Assembly: GCA_022795075.1 (NCBI GenBank)
Contig: JAAWGB010000005.1
Location: 1-61,398, forward strand
Length of the DNA: 61,398 bases
From: Clostridia bacterium
GTDB taxonomy: Bacteria; Bacillota; Clostridia; TANB77; CAG-508
Direction: 5' to 3'
Shown here one piece after another: positions 54,785 to 61,398 of the stretch. The translations under genes and the position numbers were made by a program. The notes beneath the pieces are model-generated. The model was not told where the DNA came from, searched no databases, and saw nothing but the letters and a program-made list of their open reading frames with translations. Within the stretch, counting starts at the first letter, position 1. Each line of letters begins with the position of its first letter.

Positions 54785-55135
54785 ATGTTGCTATCGCTTT
54801 GTATGACAGGGATAATTGGTTTTTTAGAATTTCTAAAGTCAGCCGTATTTGTTGTCCGGATATATTCAAGGGGGAAATTTATTTCCAGAGCCACTAACTG
54901 CAGAAGAGGAGAGAAATTGTTTAGAACAAATGGCAAAAGGAGATGATGAAGCAAGAAATATTTTAATTGAAAGAAACTTAAGATTGGTTGCACATGTTGC
55001 CAAAAAGTATAGTTCTGCAAAAGTGGAACAAGATGATTTAATATCCATTGGAACAGTTGGTTTAATTAAAGGAATTAATAGTTTTAAAGTAGAAAAAGGA
55101 GCAAGGCTATCTACCTATGTATCTCGTTGTATAGA
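54785..55135 (+). CDS. sigK: 5' segment of pro-sigma-K, with +1 shift at CGG 54857-54859
   Basis: GGAGG RBS; hydrophobic pro-sequence; GYIQGGNLFPEPL, LIERNLRLVAHV, DLISIGTVGLIKG, TYVSRCI; CATACAAT sigma-E-like -10 at 54737. Confidence 0.9.
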
Positions 55136-55320
55136 TAAATCACTTCTAACATCATGGGAAAGTAACATAAAATGGAAAATATGTAAATACAGTATTGACA
55201 TTTTACGTAAAATATTTTATAGTTAATATAGGTGAAGAGTGCACCTGCAAAGCTTTACAACCTGTTTTTTTAGGTTGCAATAACAAAAAATGGTTTAAGT
55301 AGAAAAAAGGAGGAAACAAA

Positions 55321-57294
55321 ATGAACAAAAAATTTCGGCAGACAATAGTAGTAATGGTTGTAATAATTGCAACTATCATGAATGGATTTGGCCAAACAGC
55401 AGTACAGGCATCTACACAACAGACACAAACATTTGCTCAGAAAAGCCAGCCAAAAGCAGCAAAGAAAAAAGTTTCAAAGATAAAAGTGGAATATAACAAG
55501 AAAGCAAAAATTTATAATGGCGAAAAATGTTCTAAAACTTTCTTGAAAAACAAGTTGCATTTGCGGGCTTATGCTGTAGACAAAAGCGGAAAAAAGCTGA
55601 ATATGTCTGTAAAGGTGAAGGAGCAGGGAGAATACCTCCATGCAAGTAATGGAAACATAACATTAACGCTTGTATGTGACAACAAAACAAAAAAAATAAA
55701 ACTCAAAGCGGTACCTGTGAAACAAGTAACTGTTAATAAAAACAACATCAAGCTAACAGAAAATAAAAAGTTGACAAAAGCAATGATAAAGAAGACAACA
55801 TTTAAAGTTAGCTGGAAAGATGGAAAAACAGAGAAAAACTATAAAGGTGCCAAATGTCTTGATTTAGGCAAAAGGGTTAAAGGTAAAACTTTTCGTGTTA
55901 GGTTTAGGATTGGAAATAAGATTGTGACGGTGAAATTTCCTGTCAAAAAGGAAACAACTCCAAAACCAACTCCGAATCCAAGCCCAACTCCAGAACCAAC
56001 TCCAACTCCTTCAGTTCACACACATGTGTGGAAATATGTTTCTAAAAACAAACAGGAACATGAGAGGACATGCTATTGTGGAAAGGTTGAAACGCAAAAG
56101 CATACTTTAGGCGAATGGTCTTATATTAAAGTTGCTTCTGATGTGAGATATTGCTCAGAATGCAACTATCTTGAAATACGCAAGCATGAACATACGAAAG
56201 AAGAACCCAAGGACATACAATATTCATTTAGTAAATCTAATGATGATGGCACACACACTTTAAAGGGCATTTACACTTGCAGTATTTGTAAGCAGGAAGT
56301 AACTGTAAATAAAGTTGAGGATTGCTCATATGATATTTCTTATGAACAGAGTAATGAAGAAGATATTCACAATCTTGTGAAATCTTGTAAAATTTGCCAG
56401 CATCAAATACAAGAAAAAGGTTCATGCGACTATAAAGATGACTGGAAGTATATAAACAATGGCAAGGAAGCGAGGTATTGTACGAAGTGTAATGGTGAGC
56501 AGACGAGAGAGCATGAACATGAAAACGAACCAAACGACCTGCAGTATGTGTGCAAAGAATCAAATAATGATGGCACACACACTTTAGAAGGTGTGTATAC
56601 TTGCAGTATTTGTGAGCAGGAAGTAACTGTAAATAAAGTTGCAGATTGTTCATATGAAGTGTCATATGAACGAACAGGAGTAAACGACATACACAAAATA
56701 GTCAAAATTTGTAGTGTATGTCAGTACAGAATAGAAGAAGAAGGGAGTTGTGAGCCTACAGGAGAATTAAAATGCAAAAAAGTCTATTCACAGATATATG
56801 AGTATTATGATTGTGCACAGTGTGGAGATTGGTGTCAGAGAAGCTATCACACAGAACACAAGTTTGGAGAATGGGAATATAGGGATTCTCGCGAACATAT
56901 GGTGTATTGTATCTGCATAGAAGAACGTGGAACAGAAACACATAATTATGTGTATGATAAAGAAAAACAAATGGTAACATGTGAAGGTTGCCATGACACA
57001 AAGCCTGTAATTAATGATCATAATCATGGAAAAGGAACCTATAGGAACATGGATTTGATGCAGTTAGTCCTTAACAAAGAAGCCTATAATGAATTGCTGG
57101 ATACAGGGCAACAAAAAAATCCAATTCCAAATGCAGAATCGTATTGCTCAAGATATGATTTCCTTTGTAGAGAGTGTGGAAACACATACAGTGTATACTA
57201 TGATCATAGCTTCGAGAATGGGGTATGCACAAGAAAAGGCTACTGTGGAGGAATAGCAGAACCAAATTCAATAAGAAGTATACTGGAAAAATAA
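55321..57294 (+). CDS. Secreted Lys-rich / Cys-His-repeat protein (element cargo)
   Basis: TTGACA-17-TATAGT promoter, signal peptide, PT linker, many CxxC and HxH motifs, internal ~110-aa duplication. Confidence 0.8.
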   Translation: MNKKFRQTIVVMVVIIATIMNGFGQTAVQASTQQTQTFAQKSQPKAAKKKVSKIKVEYNKKAKIYNGEKCSKTFLKNKLHLRAYAVDKSGKKLNMSVKVKEQGEYLHASNGNITLTLVCDNKTKKIKLKAVPVKQVTVNKNNIKLTENKKLTKAMIKKTTFKVSWKDGKTEKNYKGAKCLDLGKRVKGKTFRVRFRIGNKIVTVKFPVKKETTPKPTPNPSPTPEPTPTPSVHTHVWKYVSKNKQEHERTCYCGKVETQKHTLGEWSYIKVASDVRYCSECNYLEIRKHEHTKEEPKDIQYSFSKSNDDGTHTLKGIYTCSICKQEVTVNKVEDCSYDISYEQSNEEDIHNLVKSCKICQHQIQEKGSCDYKDDWKYINNGKEARYCTKCNGEQTREHEHENEPNDLQYVCKESNNDGTHTLEGVYTCSICEQEVTVNKVADCSYEVSYERTGVNDIHKIVKICSVCQYRIEEEGSCEPTGELKCKKVYSQIYEYYDCAQCGDWCQRSYHTEHKFGEWEYRDSREHMVYCICIEERGTETHNYVYDKEKQMVTCEGCHDTKPVINDHNHGKGTYRNMDLMQLVLNKEAYNELLDTGQQKNPIPNAESYCSRYDFLCRECGNTYSVYYDHSFENGVCTRKGYCGGIAEPNSIRSILEK

Positions 57295-57378
57295 TTCCAA
57301 AAAGAACATTGAATGAATATAACATAACAACAAATCAAAAACTTGTAGTCACTCTTAACTACTATAAATCATTTTTTG

Positions 57379-57406
57379 GGAGGGCATTTTAATGCCCTTC
57401 TTTTTT
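57379..57406 (+). terminator. Intrinsic terminator after the cargo gene
   Basis: GGAGGGCATT-TT-AATGCCCTTC followed by TTTTTT. Confidence 0.8.
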
Positions 57407-57509
57407 GTTTTAAAAATTAGAGAGTTTACTAAATAACAAAAAATCTTACATACAATTTTACTTGCATAATTAATTTTTAACAGAATAGCTTTAAATAGAG
57501 GTGAGAATC

Positions 57510-57674
57510 ATGTTGTTAAAAATGAAAGAAGTACAAGATAAGATAGAATTTGAAGATAAAGTAGCCTATTTAAAAGCAGTACTCATGCAAGAATATATCA
57601 ATCAATTACAAGTTAGTCAAAAAACAAAAAATAAAATAAAAAAAGAAGTCATTCAGAAATTGCAAAAAACATAA
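57510..57674 (+). CDS. 54-aa ORF, candidate recombination directionality factor
   Basis: GAGGTG RBS; MLLKMKEVQDKIEFEDKVAYLKAVLMQ..LQKT*; directly upstream of the recombinase. Confidence 0.55.
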   Translation: MLLKMKEVQDKIEFEDKVAYLKAVLMQEYINQLQVSQKTKNKIKKEVIQKLQKT

Positions 57675-57755
57675 ACAATTTTCAAAATTAAAAACGTACA
57701 GTAGTGATATTGTTAATTGGAAAATTGATGGTATCACAAAGTAGGAGGAATTGGG

Positions 57756-59444
57756 ATGTTTATTATAGCAATTTACACAAGAAAATCAAAATCAACAGAC
57801 AAAGGAGAATCCATTGATACACAGATAAAACTTTGTCAAGAATATATAAAAAAACAATATGCTGATAAAGAAACAAAAATAATTTATTATGATGAAGGAG
57901 AAGGAAAATCAGGAGGAGATAATCAAAGAAGAAAATTCCAAGAAGTATTGAAAGATGCCAAGAAGAAAAAATTTCATGCTTTGATGTGTTATAGGTTAGA
58001 TAGAGTAGCAAGAAGTGTAGCAGATTTTTCAGATTTAATTGAAGAATTGACATCTCATAAGATTAGTTTTATATCTGTAAAAGAACAATTTGATACAACC
58101 ACTCCAATGGGACGTGCAATGATGTATATTGCAAGTGTATTTGCCCAATTAGAAAGAGAAATAGGAGCAGAAAGAGTAAAAGATAACCTTACCGAACTTG
58201 CCAAAACAGGAAGATGGTTGGGAGGAACCACACCAACTGGTTATGAATCAAAAGGATTTGAAGTAATATCGATAAAAGAAATTAACGAAAATCAAGAAGT
58301 AGAAAGAAAAAGAAAAAAAGTATATAAATTGGAAAAGAAAGAAGAAGAATGGCAACTATTAGATATATTATTTAAAAAAATAGAAGAATTAGAATCACTA
58401 ACAGCAGTGGAAACCTATTTGTTCAATCATGATATTCATACTAAAAATAATAAAAAATTTACAAGATTTACACTAATGGGAATTTATAGAAATATTGTAT
58501 ATGCCAAAAATGACAGTGATATGTATCATTATCTAAAAGAAAAAAAGATTGATATATTTGCAGAAGAAAAAGATTTTGACGGAAGAAAAGGAATGATTGC
58601 CTATAATAAAACTTTACAAAAAAAACATAAAGCAGCTATTAAAAATGATATGAAAGACTGGATTATTTCGGTAGGAAAACATGAAGGAATATTAGAAGGT
58701 AAAAGGTGGATTGCTATACAAGATATACTAGATAGAAACCAAAATAAAAGATATCGAAGACCACAAAAAAATAAAGCATTATTATCAGGTATGTTAAAAT
58801 GTGAATGTAATGGCTATATGAGACCGAAATTAATTTCTAGAAGAACAGACCAATATGGTAATAATCGATTCTTCTATATGTGCAATACCAAAGAAATAAG
58901 CAGAAAACAAAAATGTAACATTAAAAATATCGATGGCAATGAATTAGATAGGCAGTTAGTTAATCAAATAAAAAATTGGTCAGCACCAAATTTTAAAATT
59001 GCACAACAATTAAAAAAAATTACGAATACGAAACAAGAAGAAACAGAAGAAAATCTCGAGCAAGAGCGATTAAATAAGCTAAAAAAGAAAAATGAAAAAG
59101 ATTTAAAAAGTTTAATGAATAAGATAAAATATATAGATATTGAACTAATAGAAGATATTAGTCAAGAAATAAAAAAAATAAAAAAAGAAAATAAAAAAAT
59201 AGAAAAACAAATGCAAGAATTAAACGAAAATCAATCCAATTATGAGATAGAAATAACCAACCAGCAAATTGAAGAATTGGTATTAGAAGTAATCAATCAT
59301 TTTTTTGATTCATTTAACAATTTAGATATTATGAAACAAAGAAAATTGTTAAAATTATTTATTTCATCAGCTGTATGGAATGGTCAAACAGTTACGATAG
59401 AATTGCTTGATACAAAAAGTGAAGAGTGTGAAGATTTTTTTTAG
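57756..59444 (+). CDS. Large serine recombinase, SpoIVCA-like
   Basis: IYTRKS catalytic Ser, RLDRVARS, FAQLERE, zinc ribbon LLSGMLKCEC..YMC, coiled coil. Confidence 0.93.
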   Translation: MFIIAIYTRKSKSTDKGESIDTQIKLCQEYIKKQYADKETKIIYYDEGEGKSGGDNQRRKFQEVLKDAKKKKFHALMCYRLDRVARSVADFSDLIEELTSHKISFISVKEQFDTTTPMGRAMMYIASVFAQLEREIGAERVKDNLTELAKTGRWLGGTTPTGYESKGFEVISIKEINENQEVERKRKKVYKLEKKEEEWQLLDILFKKIEELESLTAVETYLFNHDIHTKNNKKFTRFTLMGIYRNIVYAKNDSDMYHYLKEKKIDIFAEEKDFDGRKGMIAYNKTLQKKHKAAIKNDMKDWIISVGKHEGILEGKRWIAIQDILDRNQNKRYRRPQKNKALLSGMLKCECNGYMRPKLISRRTDQYGNNRFFYMCNTKEISRKQKCNIKNIDGNELDRQLVNQIKNWSAPNFKIAQQLKKITNTKQEETEENLEQERLNKLKKKNEKDLKSLMNKIKYIDIELIEDISQEIKKIKKENKKIEKQMQELNENQSNYEIEITNQQIEELVLEVINHFFDSFNNLDIMKQRKLLKLFISSAVWNGQTVTIELLDTKSEECEDFF

Positions 59445-59472
59445 CAAACTGTTTCCAAAATGTTTGTATAGA

Positions 59473-59833
59473 CAATGAAATATTAATGCACTTAAGAGCA
59501 ACTAAGAAACTGGGAGCAGAAGTATATTTAAATGAGCCAATTGGAAAAGATAAAGATGATAATGTTGTTACTTTGCAAGAAATTTTAGAAAATAATGAAA
59601 GAAACATAGAAGATGAAGTAGATATTAAAATGAAAATAAAGTTACTTGGTCAAAAGATGAAAGAAATTTTAAAAGATAGAGAAAGAACTATTTTAGAATT
59701 AAGATTTGGTTTAGGTGGTCATAAACCGAAAACACAAAACGAAATTGCGGAAATGATGGGAATTTCACGTTCGTATGTATCGCGTATCGAAACCAAAGCA
59801 ATTGATAAATTGGCACAAGAAATTAAGGAATAA
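59473..59833 (+). CDS. sigK: 3' segment of sigma-K
   Basis: NEILMHLRATKK, EPIGKDKD, TQNEIA..GISRSYVSRIE. Confidence 0.93.
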
Positions 59834-59895
59834 ATACTTGAAAATATTACCATACTATGTTATGATATTGGGAAAACATAGGAGGAATAATAAGA

Positions 59896-60570
59896 ATGCA
59901 AAGAACAAAATTAAAAGATAGAATCTTACCAACCTACACAAAAGGAGAAGAAATATTTAATATGACTTCTCATATTGTAGGGGCAGTTTTGGGAGTTGTA
60001 GCAACTGTACTATGTATTGTATTTGCAGCTGTACATGGGAATGGGTATGGTGTAATTAGTGGAGCCATTTATGGTGTAACCATGATAGTTTTATATACTA
60101 TGTCTAGTATTTATCATGGTTTGAGTCCAAAGTTTAACTCTAAAAAAGTATTTCAAGTATTAGACCATTGTTCCATATTTTTACTAATAGCAGGTTCTTA
60201 TACACCATTTGCCTTATGTGCCATTCGAAGTATAGATAATGTAGCAGGTTGGAGTATATTTGGTGTTATATGGGGATTAGCTATTTTAGGAATTATATTA
60301 AATTCGATTGATATTAAAAAATTTAAAACTTTTTCTATGATTTGTTATTTATTAATGGGTTGGTGTATTATTATAAAAGGTAGCTTATTGCCAAAAGCAT
60401 TAACCTTTAATGGATTGATTCTTTTAGTAGCAGGTGGAATTGCTTATACAATTGGAGCGATAATATATGGATTAGGAAAAAAACATAAGTATTCTCATTC
60501 CATTTTTCATTTGTTTATTTTGCTAGGTAGTTTTTTACAATTTATGTGTATATTATTATATGTTATGTAA
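59896..60570 (+). CDS. Hemolysin III / PAQR family membrane protein
   Basis: EEIFNMTSH, SSIYH, DHCSIFLLIAGSYTP, HSIFHLF. Confidence 0.93.
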   Translation: MQRTKLKDRILPTYTKGEEIFNMTSHIVGAVLGVVATVLCIVFAAVHGNGYGVISGAIYGVTMIVLYTMSSIYHGLSPKFNSKKVFQVLDHCSIFLLIAGSYTPFALCAIRSIDNVAGWSIFGVIWGLAILGIILNSIDIKKFKTFSMICYLLMGWCIIIKGSLLPKALTFNGLILLVAGGIAYTIGAIIYGLGKKHKYSHSIFHLFILLGSFLQFMCILLYVM

Positions 60571-60794
60571 CAAAAAAGAGCCATAAAGACTCTTAGAAAA
60601 TAAAAACTCATTTCATTTTAACATATTGCAATCGGAAAAGCAAATTATAAAAAAACATTATTAAGAGAGATTTATATATAAAAAAGAAAGATAAATTTAT
60701 TTATTAGAAGAAATAAAACATTTTAGATAGATTTTTTCATTTGTAAATAGAATGATACTATGCTAAAATATAAATAATCGAATAAAATTAATTT

Positions 60795-60980
60795 ACCCTG
60801 CGTAGTGCGTATAGGCAGAATTTTTAGAACCAACAGACGATAAGAGGGGCTAATTCTCTAAATATGGCGTGCAAGCTCACCAATAGAAGTGAGAAGCCCA
60901 TGAATATTTAGGTAGGCACCCACCTGTTTTTGGGAACAGGTCCTTAAAAATTCAAGGCAACTGACGGCTAAGGCGGGGCT
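60795..60980 (+). ncRNA. ssrS: 6S RNA
   Basis: ~185 nt, GC-richer than flanks, pairing ends CCCTGC / GCGGGG, Firmicute 6S-like TAAATATGGCGT, GGCACCCACCTG..CAGGTCC and GACGGC segments. Confidence 0.8.
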
Positions 60981-61201
60981 TTTTATATTGTTGTCTTTTG
61001 TGAGCTTGAACTGTATATAGGAAATAAAATCGTATACTATATTGACGTAATTCTAATTTTTTGATAAGATACAAAAGGTAATGAAAAATATTTTTTGGAA
61101 TGAGTTTATAAAAATACTTTTTATGGAGTAATAAATGCAAGATAGATGTATAAGATATCGAAAAAAGAAAATAATAACAAAAGATAAGGAGAGATTGTAG
61201 A

Positions 61202-61398
61202 ATGAAAATGGAAAAATTAGAATCAAAAAAAATGTATCAAAAAGGTATTACTTTAATTGCTTTAGTCATTACAATTATTGTATTATTAATTTTAGCAGGA
61301 ATATCAATAGCTAGTTTAACAGGAGAAAATGGAATTTTAAATCAAGCAAGTCAAGCAGGAGAAGAAACAAAAAGAGCAGAAATAATAGAAAAGGCAAG
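61202..61398 (+). CDS. Type IV pilin-like protein (partial, runs off the window)
   Basis: QKG|ITLIALVITIIVLLILAGISIASLTGENGIL prepilin-type N-terminus; Ala replaces the usual Glu5. Confidence 0.85.
   Translation, partial: MKMEKLESKKMYQKGITLIALVITIIVLLILAGISIASLTGENGILNQASQAGEETKRAEIIEKA

Larger units (their letters stand above)
55127..59472. mobile_element. skin-like sigK-intervening element, 4337 bp between att cores
   Basis: Direct repeat TTGTATAGA at 55127-55135 and 59464-59472; removal restores SRCIDNEILMHLR; encodes a large serine recombinase. Confidence 0.93.

Noticed and set aside
55257-55277. Xre operator-like CAACCT..AGGTTG in the skin cargo leader
   Set aside because: Spacer is 8 rather than 5; more simply a small leader hairpin.
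55136-59463. Prophage
   Set aside because: No structural, replication or lysis genes.

Overview
Low-GC, spore-forming Clostridia chromosomal segment. The terminal G|ITLIALVITIIVLLILAG pilin and gene content resemble the uncultured gut TANB77-type lineages (inference). It is mostly housekeeping: polC, lepA, rlmB, murI, hrcA-grpE-dnaK-dnaJ, rlmN, cmk, plsC, typA, a birA-fab-acc cluster, sigK and 6S RNA. Main signal: ten genes (HD hydrolase, grpE, sortase, esterase, U32 peptidase, DUF368, birA, fabD, accA, sigK) are each broken by the same +1 frame change, one extra C in front of a Gly codon, so the ribosome meets an in-frame CGG followed by A/T. Skipping that base restores conserved motifs and normal lengths. 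All ten sit on the coding strand in the same codon phase, which suggests genome-wide recoding of CGG(A/U), either +1 frameshifting or 4-base decoding, rather than decay. Frame-preserving CGG codons were found only in five accessory or orphan genes. Also present: a 4.3-kb skin-like element splitting sigK; seven intergenic palindromes with a shared core but copy-specific inverted arms; an Xre-controlled sortase / cohesin-like anchor / dockerin-Ig protein locus; a divergent RelA/SpoT-like nucleotidyltransferase; PolC with a duplicated OB fold; and a DnaA-box cluster. All counts are from manual reading.
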